Assembly (NCBI GenBank): GCA_038231455.1
Contig: JBBRLI010000014.1
Span: 19,153-83,152, forward strand
DNA from: Vulcanimicrobiales bacterium
GTDB taxonomy: Bacteria; Vulcanimicrobiota; Vulcanimicrobiia; Vulcanimicrobiales; Vulcanimicrobiaceae
Reading direction: 5' to 3'
DNA: 64,000 nt
This document shows positions 29,312 through 39,211 of this stretch, piece after piece (positions within the stretch are counted from its first letter, which is position 1; every line of letters begins with the position of its first letter). Below the pieces are notes generated by a model, which made no database searches, was not told the origin of the DNA, and was given only the letters and a program-made list of their open reading frames with translations. The position numbers were made by a program, and so were the translations under genes.

Positions 29312-31248
29312 GGAGCGACCGCTTCGCGCGGCACGACGATGCGCACGCTGCCCGCATGTTGCGTGTTGTAACCGCCGAGTCGTTCGATCTGTGCACGTAG
29401 GCTCGGCGCCGCGATCGTTTCGATCAGGCGCGCGATCCGCGGATCGGTAAGATCGCGCTCGCGAATCGCAAGATCGTACGGCTCGAAGGCAAGGGACACA
29501 AAGTCGCAGCCAAGCGCGTTCGCCGCGGCGCGAATTCCAAGACCGCAGTCCGCTGAGCCTTCGGCGACGAGCGCCGCAACGGCGAGATGCGAAAATTCGA
29601 TACGATCGTAACCGACGATCGCGCCGATAGCAATACCCGCGCGCGCGAGCAGTTCGTCGAGCAGGAGGCGCGTACCGGCGTCGCGCTGACGGTTGATATA
29701 CCGTGCGCGTTGTTCGGCGACATGGGCAAAGGATTGTAGGCCCAGCGGATTGCCGGGCGCGACGATCAGGCCTTGTTCGCGTTCGGCAAAGCGGACGAGC
29801 GCAACGGGTTCGGCCGGACCGTAGCGCGCGATCGCTCGATCGTTGTACGTTCCCGTCGCAGCATCGAGAACGTGCGTACCGGCGACGTGTGCAGCGCCCG
29901 AGGCGAGCGCGACGATTCCGGCAATGCTACCGACGTTCGCCGAAACGAGTTCGATATCGTGCGCGGCGAGTTCACCGGCCAGCAAATCGATCGCCACGTC
30001 GTGACTGCCAACAGCGAGAAGCGTCCGTTCGATCGCGGCGAGCGGACGAAGCGCGCGGATACGGACCGTCGTTCCCTCCGCGATGCCTTCGGTCAACCGC
30101 GGGATCGTAAGCATCGCGTTCGCGCGCGCAAGCGACGTAATGACCCCGGCGCCGCGTCGCAGCGGCGCGACGACGAGTGCGCCGTCGACACGCGCTGCGA
30201 CGGCCCGCACGTATTCATCCTCACCGAGCGGCGAGAACACCTTACGCGTCAATCGGGCGTCGAGTTCGGGCACATCGGGCACATCGCGGCCGCCGAGCCG
30301 TTCGACGAGCGGCCGCAGAAAAAGCTCTGCGCAAATCGCAGCGCTCACCGGATAGCCGGGAATACCGAGCAGCGGGATCGCCGGTTTGCCACTACCGATG
30401 CCGAGCACGACGGGGTGACCTGGACGAATCGCCACCCCGTGGACGATGACCCGGCCGAGCGATTTGAAGACGCGCGCCGTGTAGTCATCGCGGCCCGCGC
30501 TGCTGCCCGCATTGACGACGACGACATCGCATGTCGCAAGGGCCTCGCGAACGACGGCGGTAAGTTCCTCGACGCGATCCCGCACCCGTCCGAGGGGAAC
30601 TGGTTCTCCGCCGTACTGACGCACGCACGCAGCTAGTAGGACGCCGTTTGAATCGACAATTGCGCCGCGCGCCGGATGCTCGGTGCTCGGGTCGACCAGT
30701 TCGTCGCCCGTCGTGACGATCGCGACGCGCGGGCGTGCAACGACGTCCACGCGCGTAATTCCGGCGCTCGCGAGTGCCGCAAGATCGGCCGGTGCGAGAC
30801 GACGCCCGCGCGCAACGACCGCTTCGCTAGCGATGATATCCTCGCCGATCGGACGCACGTGTTCGAACGGCGCAACGCTCGCACGAATCGCAATCGACTC
30901 GCCACGATCGTCGACGTGTTCCGCCATGATTACCGCGTCCATGCCTTGCGGCAGCGGATCGCCGGTATCGACCCAAATCGCTTCGGTCCCCACGCGCAGT
31001 TCGCGCGGCGCGGTTTCGCGCGCCCCGGCGGTGGCCGCCGCAAGCACCGCGACGCCGTCCATCGCGCAGGCGTGATAGTGCGGTGATGACAAGCGCGCGA
31101 AGTGCGCGCGCGCCGTTACGCGGTCGAGTGCCGCAGCGAGATCGACTTCATCCGTGCGCTCGATTCGAGCGCCAGCGGTCGCCGAAACGAATGCATCGCG
31201 CGCGTCATCAAGTGGAACATCATGGAGAAACAGCGCGCGCTCAGTCAA
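29308..31248 (-). CDS. moeA: MoeA fused to a C-terminal periplasmic-binding-like (PBP) domain
   Basis: AMDG, TTGDEL, GSSAGRDD, RPGHP, PGYPVS; C-terminal GSHD, REQGL, INRQ..GTR. Confidence 0.9.
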   Translation of the reverse strand: MTERALFLHDVPLDDARDAFVSATAGARIERTDEVDLAAALDRVTARAHFARLSSPHYHACAMDGVAVLAAATAGARETAPRELRVGTEAIWVDTGDPLPQGMDAVIMAEHVDDRGESIAIRASVAPFEHVRPIGEDIIASEAVVARGRRLAPADLAALASAGITRVDVVARPRVAIVTTGDELVDPSTEHPARGAIVDSNGVLLAACVRQYGGEPVPLGRVRDRVEELTAVVREALATCDVVVVNAGSSAGRDDYTARVFKSLGRVIVHGVAIRPGHPVVLGIGSGKPAIPLLGIPGYPVSAAICAELFLRPLVERLGGRDVPDVPELDARLTRKVFSPLGEDEYVRAVAARVDGALVVAPLRRGAGVITSLARANAMLTIPRLTEGIAEGTTVRIRALRPLAAIERTLLAVGSHDVAIDLLAGELAAHDIELVSANVGSIAGIVALASGAAHVAGTHVLDAATGTYNDRAIARYGPAEPVALVRFAEREQGLIVAPGNPLGLQSFAHVAEQRARYINRQRDAGTRLLLDELLARAGIAIGAIVGYDRIEFSHLAVAALVAEGSADCGLGIRAAANALGCDFVSLAFEPYDLAIRERDLTDPRIARLIETIAAPSLRAQIERLGGYNTQHAGSVRIVVPREAVAP

Positions 31249-32491
31249 GTGGAATTACGTTCACCCGCTCGCCGCTCGCAAGTCCGCTGCGATCGATCGG
31301 GACGAAGAGCAGCGCATCCGCGCGCACGAGCGTAAAGATCAAGTTCGACGCGCCGAAAATTGGCATTGCGTGCAACTCGCCCGCGCGGTCGTGCAGATGG
31401 ACGGGAATATAGTCTTCGCGCCCCGGACGCGAGGCAACATTCGCATCGAGGATCGCATCGCGACGGTCGCTCGCCGCGCGCAATTCTTCGCCACCGAGAT
31501 GACGGATGAGCGGCGCGAGCATGCGCCAGGCCACGACCAGGGCGCTTGCGGGATTACCGGGTAAGCCGACGATCGGTTTCCCATCGCAGACGGCAAGGAC
31601 GGTCGGTTTTCCAGGTTTGATGGCGAGACCGTGCGCGAGAATGCCCGGCGAGCCGAGTCGCTCGACAACACCCGCCGTATAGTCGCGCGCGGAGACCGAC
31701 GAACCTGCGGAAAGAACGAGCGCATCGGCGGTGTCGAGCGCCGTACGCGCCCGCGATTCCAGTTCCGCTTCGTCGTCGCGCACGATACCAAATGAGATCG
31801 GTTCGCCGCCAGCGCGGCGCACGGTCGCCGCGATCGTCAAACCGTTGATGTCGCGCACTTGGGCGAGTTGGGGCTGCGCGTCGATCGGCACGACTTCATC
31901 ACCCGTCGAGAGAATCGCAACGCGCGGACGCCGATAGACCTCGACGACCGTACAACCGAGTGCCGCGAGCGCACCAACATCCGCCGGCCGCAGGCGCCGA
32001 CCGCGCGGCATGGCTTCTGCCCCGGCCACAATATCTTCACCGATCGCGAGTACGTCTTCGCCGCTGGCAACCGACGTCAACACTTCGATCTGCGTGCCGC
32101 GCGCATTCGTCTCTTCGACCATCACGACTGCATCGGCACCCGCGGGAAGCATTGCGCCGGTATGGATGCGCGCCGCGGTGCCGGAAACGACAACCAGTGT
32201 GGGCACCGTTCCCATGAGAACTTCGCCGATGAGTTCGAGATAGGCCGGTGATGATTCCGACGCGCCATGCGTGTCGACGGCGCGAACGGCAAAACCATCC
32301 ATCGTAGCGCGCGCGAACGCGGGCAACGTCTGATCGGCGCGAACTCCGCAAGCCAAAACCCGGTCCAACCCATCAGCGAGCGCGATGCTCTCCGTGGCTT
32401 GGACGACCGGTGTGGCAGCGCGCATCGCCGCAAGCGCCGCGCTCGGCGGCAGCACAGTGAAAAGCTTGTTCACGACAGGCATGACCTCCAC
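31241..32491 (-). CDS. moeA: Molybdopterin metal insertase MoeA
   Basis: TMDGFAVR, TGAMLP, STGDE, KPGKP, LPGNPAS. Confidence 0.93.
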   Translation of the reverse strand: MEVMPVVNKLFTVLPPSAALAAMRAATPVVQATESIALADGLDRVLACGVRADQTLPAFARATMDGFAVRAVDTHGASESSPAYLELIGEVLMGTVPTLVVVSGTAARIHTGAMLPAGADAVVMVEETNARGTQIEVLTSVASGEDVLAIGEDIVAGAEAMPRGRRLRPADVGALAALGCTVVEVYRRPRVAILSTGDEVVPIDAQPQLAQVRDINGLTIAATVRRAGGEPISFGIVRDDEAELESRARTALDTADALVLSAGSSVSARDYTAGVVERLGSPGILAHGLAIKPGKPTVLAVCDGKPIVGLPGNPASALVVAWRMLAPLIRHLGGEELRAASDRRDAILDANVASRPGREDYIPVHLHDRAGELHAMPIFGASNLIFTLVRADALLFVPIDRSGLASGERVNVIPLD

Positions 32492-32540
32492 CGGGGGCCA
32501 ACGTCCATCCTCTTGCCCCAGTGAATCGAGGAGTCGACCA

Positions 32541-34145
32541 ATTCTGACCGTACCCGGACCATCCGAACGACTCGCAGGCGACTTGGCCGCTCTTGGCCTC
32601 GGCGGCGTCGCGACCGTTCATCGCAACTTGAGTGTCGCCGACCTGTACGAACACGCTCTGCGTAAAGGCGAAGCGGTCCTCGGAGCCGACGGTCAACTCG
32701 TGGTCGAGACGGGCAAGCATACCGGCCGCTCGCCGAACGACAAGTTCTTCGTGCGCGAACCCTCGAGCGAAAAACACATCGACTGGGGCACCTCGAACAA
32801 AGCGATGGACGCAAAAACGTTCGACGCGCTGCTCGGCCGTGTCGGAACGTATCTCGACGGCAAAGAACTCTTTTCGCTCGACTGCTACCTCGGAGCCGAT
32901 CCGCGTTACCGGCTTCCCGTGCGCATTTTGACGACGTATGCGTGGCAGAATCTTTTTGCACGCGACCTCTTTATTGAGACGGCGCACGAAGATCCCGAGT
33001 TCAAGCCCGAATTTACCGTGCTCGACGCGGCGCTCTTCGATGCGGAACCCGCCCGAGATGGCACCGCATCCTCGACGTTCGTGCTGGTCAATTTCGCGCG
33101 CCATCTCGTGCTCATCGGCGGCACGCGGTATGCGGGCGAAATCAAAAAGTCCGTCTTTACGATCATGAACTATCTCATGCCGCTGCGCTCGGTGCTCCCA
33201 ATGCACTGCTCGGCGAACATGGGACCGGACGGCGATGTCGCCATCTTCTTCGGCCTCTCAGGGACCGGAAAGACGACGCTCTCTGCCGATAGTTCGCGCC
33301 CGTTAATCGGCGATGACGAACACGGTTGGTCAAACGACGGTGTGTTCAATTTCGAAGGCGGCTGCTACGCAAAGGCGATTAAACTCTCGCAGGACGCCGA
33401 ACCCGAGATTTGGGCGGCATCGCACCGCTTCGGCACCGTGCTCGAAAACGTCGTCATCGATCCGACTACGCGCGAACTCGACCCCGACTCGCAAGAACTC
33501 ACCGAAAACACGCGCTCGGCCTATCCGATCGACTTCATCCCGAACATCGTCAAAGGCTCGCAGGGCGGCCATCCCAAGACGATCGTCATGCTAACCGCCG
33601 ATGCATTCGGCGTCTTGCCGCCGATCGCGCGCATGACCGACGCGCAAGCGATGTATCACTTTCTCTCCGGCTACACCGCCAAGGTCGCGGGCACCGAGCG
33701 CGGCGTGACCGAACCGACCGCGACGTTTTCCACGTGTTTCGGCGCGCCGTTCATGGTGCATCATCCAACGGTGTACGCGCGTTTGCTCGGCGAACGTATC
33801 GCTGAGCACGAAGTCTCGTGCTGGCTTGTCAATACGGGTTGGAACGGCGGACCGTACGGCGTCGGCAAACGGATGAAAATCGCATACACGCGCGCGATGG
33901 TCAACGCCGCAATCGCCGGCCGTCTACGCGACGTCACCTTCGTCAAGGAACCGTTCTTCGGACTGCAAGTCCCGAGCAGCGTTCCCGACGTGCCGAGCGA
34001 CGTGCTCGATCCACGTGCCTCGTGGACGGATAAAGCCGCCTACGACGCGCAGGCAAAGAAACTCGCCGGGCTTTTCGCAACGAATTTCGAGCGCTTCGCG
34101 GCGCACGCCTCGCCGGAGATCCTCGCGGTCGCAATCAAGCCCTAG
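32541..34145 (+). CDS. pckA: Phosphoenolpyruvate carboxykinase (ATP); start uncertain (ATT 32541, CTG 32544 or TTG 32583)
   Basis: TGRSPNDK, YAGEIKK, GLSGTGKTTLS, IGDDEHGW, NFEGGCYAK, TENTR; RBS GAGGAG at 32528-32533. Confidence 0.95.
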   Translation: MLTVPGPSERLAGDLAALGLGGVATVHRNLSVADLYEHALRKGEAVLGADGQLVVETGKHTGRSPNDKFFVREPSSEKHIDWGTSNKAMDAKTFDALLGRVGTYLDGKELFSLDCYLGADPRYRLPVRILTTYAWQNLFARDLFIETAHEDPEFKPEFTVLDAALFDAEPARDGTASSTFVLVNFARHLVLIGGTRYAGEIKKSVFTIMNYLMPLRSVLPMHCSANMGPDGDVAIFFGLSGTGKTTLSADSSRPLIGDDEHGWSNDGVFNFEGGCYAKAIKLSQDAEPEIWAASHRFGTVLENVVIDPTTRELDPDSQELTENTRSAYPIDFIPNIVKGSQGGHPKTIVMLTADAFGVLPPIARMTDAQAMYHFLSGYTAKVAGTERGVTEPTATFSTCFGAPFMVHHPTVYARLLGERIAEHEVSCWLVNTGWNGGPYGVGKRMKIAYTRAMVNAAIAGRLRDVTFVKEPFFGLQVPSSVPDVPSDVLDPRASWTDKAAYDAQAKKLAGLFATNFERFAAHASPEILAVAIKP

Positions 34146-34236
34146 GCACGCCGTACCCGTCGCGGTTCGGTAAAGGTACAACTCCCAGGCCCGGGAATCG
34201 AGCGAAATCTTTCTTCACGCGTTTCGGGAGGCGTTG

Positions 34237-36036
34237 ATGGGTTTGTTTCGTCCGCAGCGGGTACTGCTGCTTGCCGTTTTGCCGTTCCTTGCAGCTTGCG
34301 GAGGTGGCGGCAGCGCCCCGGCCCCCGCTGTTCCTAAATCCGCGGGCAGTCCGGTCGATATCGCGCCGAACACGGCGCTTTTGTCGACGCCGGCACGCGG
34401 AACGCTCGTAACCGTGTCCTTTCCACTGCGCGACGACGCCGGGCTCGATACATTGATCCACGCACAAGGCGACAAGTCGTCGCCCCTCTACCATCACTTC
34501 ATCACGCCGCAACAATTCCGCGCGTCGTACGGCCCGGACCAAACGTCCGTGGATTCGGTCGATTCGTATTTGCGCGCGCAAGGTTTCTCGACGCAGCGCA
34601 CATCGCTCGGACTCGTTGCCGACGCTCCGCAAGGCGTCGTCGAAAATACGTTCCACATTCGGCTGCACGCGGTGCTGACCAAAGGCCGCGAAGCAAAAGG
34701 CGTCTCAACCTCGCCGACGTTGCCGACGGTCCTTGCGAAGGTCGGCGCATCGGTTGCGGTCGGCTCGTTCACGCATCACGTTCACTCACAGAAACTCGTG
34801 AGTGCCCCCGTTGACAACCGCTATTCGACTGCGGGTCCGTACTGGTTCACCGATCTCAAGCAGGCCTACGGGTATCCCGCAAACGGCGTTGGGAACGGCG
34901 CGGGACGATCGATCGCGGTCGTGATGAGCTCGGATGTGCTCGACTCCGATACCGCAGTTTACTTCGGGCACGAGAAGTTCGCGCCGGTTCCGCTCGTCGA
35001 ACGTCACCCCGTGCTCGGCGGCCCGCCGGCTTTCGATCCGGCAAACGGCGCATCGGATGAAGCAAGCCTCGACGTGCAGCAGTCGCTAGGCAGTGCACCC
35101 GGCGCAAAGCTGCTGCTCTATGACATTCCGGATCTGAGCGATGTCTCGACGCTTGCCGCGTACACGAAAATCGTCGAAGACAATAAAGCCGACATCGTTT
35201 CTTCATCATTTGGGCTCTGCGAACTCTACTACACCGCCGAATACAATGGCGGCACGGATTTCACGACAATTCTTAAAGCGCAGCACGATGTCTTTCGTCA
35301 AGGTAACGCGCAAGGCATCACGTTTGTCGCGAGTTCCGGCGACAACGGTGCCTACGAATGTTACGATCCGACGGGTTCGATGAAAATCCGACGCGGCGTC
35401 TCGTCGCCCGCAAACGACACCTCCGTCGTGGCCGTCGGCGGCACCAATCTCGTGACGGCTTCCGTGCCGGGATCGCGCGATTCGTCGTACGTGCGCGAGA
35501 GCGCGTTTGCCGATGTCTACGATGCATCGGCTGGGTTCACGGCTCCCAACGACCGCTGGGGATCCGGCGGCGGTGTGAGCACCTACTTCAAGAAGCCGAT
35601 TTACCAGTATCTCGTGGATACACGCTCCTCGATGCGAACGATCCCCGATGTCTCGATGCAAATGGGCGGGTGCCCGTATGGCCCGCCGATTCTCCCGACG
35701 TGCAATCCGGATGATAGTTCGGTGATCGCGCGAATCGGCGGCAGCTACGGTCTCCTCATCGGCACCAGCGCCTCGGCCCCCGAATTCGCCGGTTTGTTAG
35801 CCGTCACGGAGGGCACTCTCGGCACGCGCCTGGGAAATGCCAACGACTACATCTACTCCGTCGCGGCGCTCGAAGGGTCGAACGCATATCACAACGCGAT
35901 TCCGGGGGACAACGGCTACCGATCGACACCGGGATACAATTACGTTGTTGGGAACGGCACGCCCAAAGCCGCGAACTTCTCGTTCAACTTCGGAGCCCCG
36001 CTCGCGGGAGTTCCGTTGACAAGCAGCAACCCGTAA
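34237..36036 (+). CDS. S53 (sedolisin) serine peptidase, predicted lipoprotein
   Basis: LAAC lipobox, pro-domain FITPQQF, EASLD, SSGDNG, GSGGGVS, GTSASAP. Confidence 0.9.
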   Translation: MGLFRPQRVLLLAVLPFLAACGGGGSAPAPAVPKSAGSPVDIAPNTALLSTPARGTLVTVSFPLRDDAGLDTLIHAQGDKSSPLYHHFITPQQFRASYGPDQTSVDSVDSYLRAQGFSTQRTSLGLVADAPQGVVENTFHIRLHAVLTKGREAKGVSTSPTLPTVLAKVGASVAVGSFTHHVHSQKLVSAPVDNRYSTAGPYWFTDLKQAYGYPANGVGNGAGRSIAVVMSSDVLDSDTAVYFGHEKFAPVPLVERHPVLGGPPAFDPANGASDEASLDVQQSLGSAPGAKLLLYDIPDLSDVSTLAAYTKIVEDNKADIVSSSFGLCELYYTAEYNGGTDFTTILKAQHDVFRQGNAQGITFVASSGDNGAYECYDPTGSMKIRRGVSSPANDTSVVAVGGTNLVTASVPGSRDSSYVRESAFADVYDASAGFTAPNDRWGSGGGVSTYFKKPIYQYLVDTRSSMRTIPDVSMQMGGCPYGPPILPTCNPDDSSVIARIGGSYGLLIGTSASAPEFAGLLAVTEGTLGTRLGNANDYIYSVAALEGSNAYHNAIPGDNGYRSTPGYNYVVGNGTPKAANFSFNFGAPLAGVPLTSSNP

Positions 36037-36056
36037 TCTAAAAACCGCGACCGGAT

Positions 36057-36108
36057 CGCGCGAGCATCGTAAGCGATACGTAACTCGTCTTGCTTACGAT
36101 CTCGCGCG
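36057..36108. repeat. Long imperfect inverted repeat / hairpin
   Basis: CGCGCGAG(C)ATCGTAAGC ... GCTTACGAT CTCGCGCG. Confidence 0.7.
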
Positions 36109-36149
36109 TTCAGCGCGGGAACGCACTCCCCACAGGCGAACCTGCCCAC

Positions 36150-38231
36150 ATGGGCTCGACCGCCTCCGCCGCCGAATTCATCGGCCGCGACCGTGTCTGC
36201 GACGAGATTCACGCCCGTATGAGCGCGGGCCGCATTGTCACGCTCGTCGGACCGGGCGGTGTCGGCAAAACGCGTATCGCGCTCGAAATGATCCAGGAAT
36301 TCGGCGGCATATTCGTCGATCTTGCCGCGCTACGCGATCCCGAACTCGTCTTAGCCCTCATCGCCGAACGCGTTGGAAATCCGGAAACGAGCGCCGGACT
36401 CTTCGAGAGTCTGAGTCGACACCTCGCGCGCGATCCGCGCCTGATCGTGCTCGACAACTGCGAGCACATGCAAGAAGCGATCGCCGGCATCGCGCAGCGT
36501 TTGGTCGATGCAGCACCCTCCGCGCGACTGCTTGCAACCAGCCGCGTTCCGCTTGGAACCCGATCCGAGTTTGTCTTTCCGGTCGGTCCGCTCGCACCGG
36601 CCGATGCGCACGAGCTTTTTTCCGCGCGCGCGCGTGAAGCGAACCCGGCTTACGTCGACAATCCCGCGGCCGTGGCGCGAATCTGCAAACGCGTTGACTA
36701 TCTTCCGCTCGCCATCGCGCTTGCAGCGGCGCGCACAAAATTGCTACCGGTGGACGCACTAGCTACGCGACTCGATGGACGCATGCAGCTTCTGGGCAAT
36801 GTATCGCTGAGCGGCCGTCAGGAAACGATCCGCACGCTCGTATCGTGGAGCGAAGAACTGCTCGATGCGGACTTGCGCACGTGGTTCCGCCACGTCGGGA
36901 TTTTCACCGGCGGCTGGACGGACGCAGCGGCTGCGGCGATTGCCGAGCGATCGCTCGACGATGCCGCAGCGGCGGGTCGGGCGCTCGTCGAGCGTTCCCT
37001 TGCGCTACCGGCGGGCGATGGCCGCACTCGTCTGTTCGAACCGATGCGCGATTTTGCCGTCGAGCGACTCGCCGACGACCCGGACCGCGCGGCGATCGCC
37101 GAACGCCACGCGCACTATTACGGTTCGCTCGTCGAACGCCGTGAGTCGTTCGATCGCATCGACGATCGCGCATGGGTTGTCGAGATCGAACGCGAGATGG
37201 ACAACGTCCGTGTCGCCCTGACCTGGGCGGTCAGGCGCGGCGAACCCGGCTTTGCGATTCGATTCGCCATCGCACTCGGCCCGTTTTGGAACAATCACGG
37301 GCGATTTAGCGAGGGCAGTCGATGGCTCGTGCGCGCACTCGAGATTGCCTCCACGGAATCCGCGAAAACGCGCGCCCGCGCGTTACTCGAGCTGCGGCGC
37401 TTGAACACCGGTCGGAATGCTCACGACGACGCAGCCGGTTTCGGAGAGCGCGCGCTAGTCGCGGCGCGCGAAGCCGGCGATCGCGCGCAAATTGCCGAGG
37501 CGCTCTTCGGCCTTGCCGTCAACGCCTTCGATCCGGGGCGCTACGACGCCGCGCAACGCTCGCTCGATGCGTTTGCGGAACTGGGTTCGGAGGGCATCCC
37601 GGGTTCGATCGTCGCCTCCGCTCGGAACTTACAAGGCCTCCTCCATCTCGTACGAGGCGATCACGCCGGTGCCCGACTCTCGTATTTGGACTCGCTGGAT
37701 CTCGCGCGCCAGGTCGAAGACCAAATGTGCGCGGCGCGCGCTCTCTCGAACCTCGGCAACCTCGAAATGTACGCCGACCGCCTCGATGCCGCGGTGCCGT
37801 TCTATGAAGAGTCGCTCGAGATCGCGCATGCCTTCAACAACGTGCGACTGACGTGCGTACTGCATGCAAACCTGGCGGAGCTCGGCGTGCGCAAGAACGA
37901 TTCATCCTTCGCGCGCGTGCACGCCGGAGCTGAGTATTCGCTCGCGCGCAAAACGGGTCGCGTCATTCACATGGCCTCAGCGCTCGAAACGCTTGGCGAG
38001 ACCGAAGTGCTCGACGAGCGCTTTGCATCGGCTGCCGCAATCTTCTCCCACGCAAAACGGCTGCGTCGGGAAATCGGCGCGGAGATCGATCCGCTCAATG
38101 CCGAAGTGTACGAATCGTTCGTCGCGCGGACGAGAGCGGCGCTCGGCGATGATGCCTTCTCCGATGCGTGGCAACGCGGATTCGAACTCGATGCAGCAGA
38201 ACTTGGGATCGATGCCCTCTTTGCGACCTAA
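36150..38231 (+). CDS. STAND-type ATPase with C-terminal TPR-like repeats
   Basis: FIGR, Walker A GPGGVGKT, Walker B LIVLDNCE, LATSR, LPLAI, ALSNLG TPR-like helices. Confidence 0.85.
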   Translation: MGSTASAAEFIGRDRVCDEIHARMSAGRIVTLVGPGGVGKTRIALEMIQEFGGIFVDLAALRDPELVLALIAERVGNPETSAGLFESLSRHLARDPRLIVLDNCEHMQEAIAGIAQRLVDAAPSARLLATSRVPLGTRSEFVFPVGPLAPADAHELFSARAREANPAYVDNPAAVARICKRVDYLPLAIALAAARTKLLPVDALATRLDGRMQLLGNVSLSGRQETIRTLVSWSEELLDADLRTWFRHVGIFTGGWTDAAAAAIAERSLDDAAAAGRALVERSLALPAGDGRTRLFEPMRDFAVERLADDPDRAAIAERHAHYYGSLVERRESFDRIDDRAWVVEIEREMDNVRVALTWAVRRGEPGFAIRFAIALGPFWNNHGRFSEGSRWLVRALEIASTESAKTRARALLELRRLNTGRNAHDDAAGFGERALVAAREAGDRAQIAEALFGLAVNAFDPGRYDAAQRSLDAFAELGSEGIPGSIVASARNLQGLLHLVRGDHAGARLSYLDSLDLARQVEDQMCAARALSNLGNLEMYADRLDAAVPFYEESLEIAHAFNNVRLTCVLHANLAELGVRKNDSSFARVHAGAEYSLARKTGRVIHMASALETLGETEVLDERFASAAAIFSHAKRLRREIGAEIDPLNAEVYESFVARTRAALGDDAFSDAWQRGFELDAAELGIDALFAT

Positions 38232-39207
38232 GATCAAAATTGCCAGCTCCGCTTCGAGCGCACCGTCGCTCGAACGTATCAACGCTTCTGGTGCGCTCGA
38301 GGTCGAACTCGATCACGTCGTGCTCGACGAGCACGGTCGCGCCCCAAGCGGAGCGGGTGCCGGCGTCGAGATGCTCTGGCGCCACATCCATCTCTTTCCG
38401 CGCGCCTGGTCGAGCGCGGCACTCGAGACGCTGCCGGACTTGCGCTGGTTTCACACCGATCATGTCGGCATCGACTCAATCCCCCTGCAGGAACTCGCCG
38501 AGCGCAAGATCGTGTTGACCAATGGCGTCGGCTTGCACTCGCGTCCGATCGCCGAGTGGCTCGTGATGACGCTACTCGGCGCGGTCAAACATTACGCGCA
38601 CTGGGTACGCAGTTCCGATGCGGGAATCTGGAATCACGACGTCGTGCTCGATGAACTGCGCGGTAAACGGGCACTTGTGATCGGCTTCGGCGGCATCGGA
38701 TCGGAATTTGCGGCGCTGGTCCAGCCCTTCGGCGTCGAGGTCGTCGCGGCAGTCCGTTATCCCCGCCCGCAAGTTCCACTGCATGTCGATCGTCTCGTGG
38801 TCGGCGAGGCGTGGCGCGCCGAGCTTGCAACGGCCGATTTCGTCATTTTGACGTTGCCGGCAACAGACGATAACGTGCGCATGATCGACGCGGCGGCGCT
38901 CGCGTCGATAAAACGGGGCGCATGGCTGCTCAACGTGTCGCGCGGATCGCTCGTCGACGTTCCCGCACTTCTGGCGGCGCTTGAGAATACAACGCTCGGG
39001 GGTGCGGCGCTCGATGCCTTCGATCACGAGCCGCTACCGCCCGACTCGCCGCTCTGGGGCCGTCCGAACGTCCTCATCACGCCGCACTACACGTGGAATT
39101 CCACGCAAACCGTCGGCCGGGTGTACGGTCTGCTCTGCGAAAACGTCCGTAACTATCTTGGCGGAAAGCCGCTCGTCAACGTCGTCGACTACGCGCGCGG
39201 CTACTAG
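38212..39207 (+). CDS. D-2-hydroxyacid dehydrogenase
   Basis: GFGGIG, LLNVSRG, AALDAFDHEPLP, ITPH. Confidence 0.9.
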   Translation: MPSLRPKIKIASSASSAPSLERINASGALEVELDHVVLDEHGRAPSGAGAGVEMLWRHIHLFPRAWSSAALETLPDLRWFHTDHVGIDSIPLQELAERKIVLTNGVGLHSRPIAEWLVMTLLGAVKHYAHWVRSSDAGIWNHDVVLDELRGKRALVIGFGGIGSEFAALVQPFGVEVVAAVRYPRPQVPLHVDRLVVGEAWRAELATADFVILTLPATDDNVRMIDAAALASIKRGAWLLNVSRGSLVDVPALLAALENTTLGGAALDAFDHEPLPPDSPLWGRPNVLITPHYTWNSTQTVGRVYGLLCENVRNYLGGKPLVNVVDYARGY

Positions 39208-39211
39208 GGCG

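Noticed and set aside
36150-38231. Avs-type antiphage STAND system
   Set aside because: No nuclease, TIR, SIR2 or protease effector and no defence-island context; resembles regulator-type ATPases
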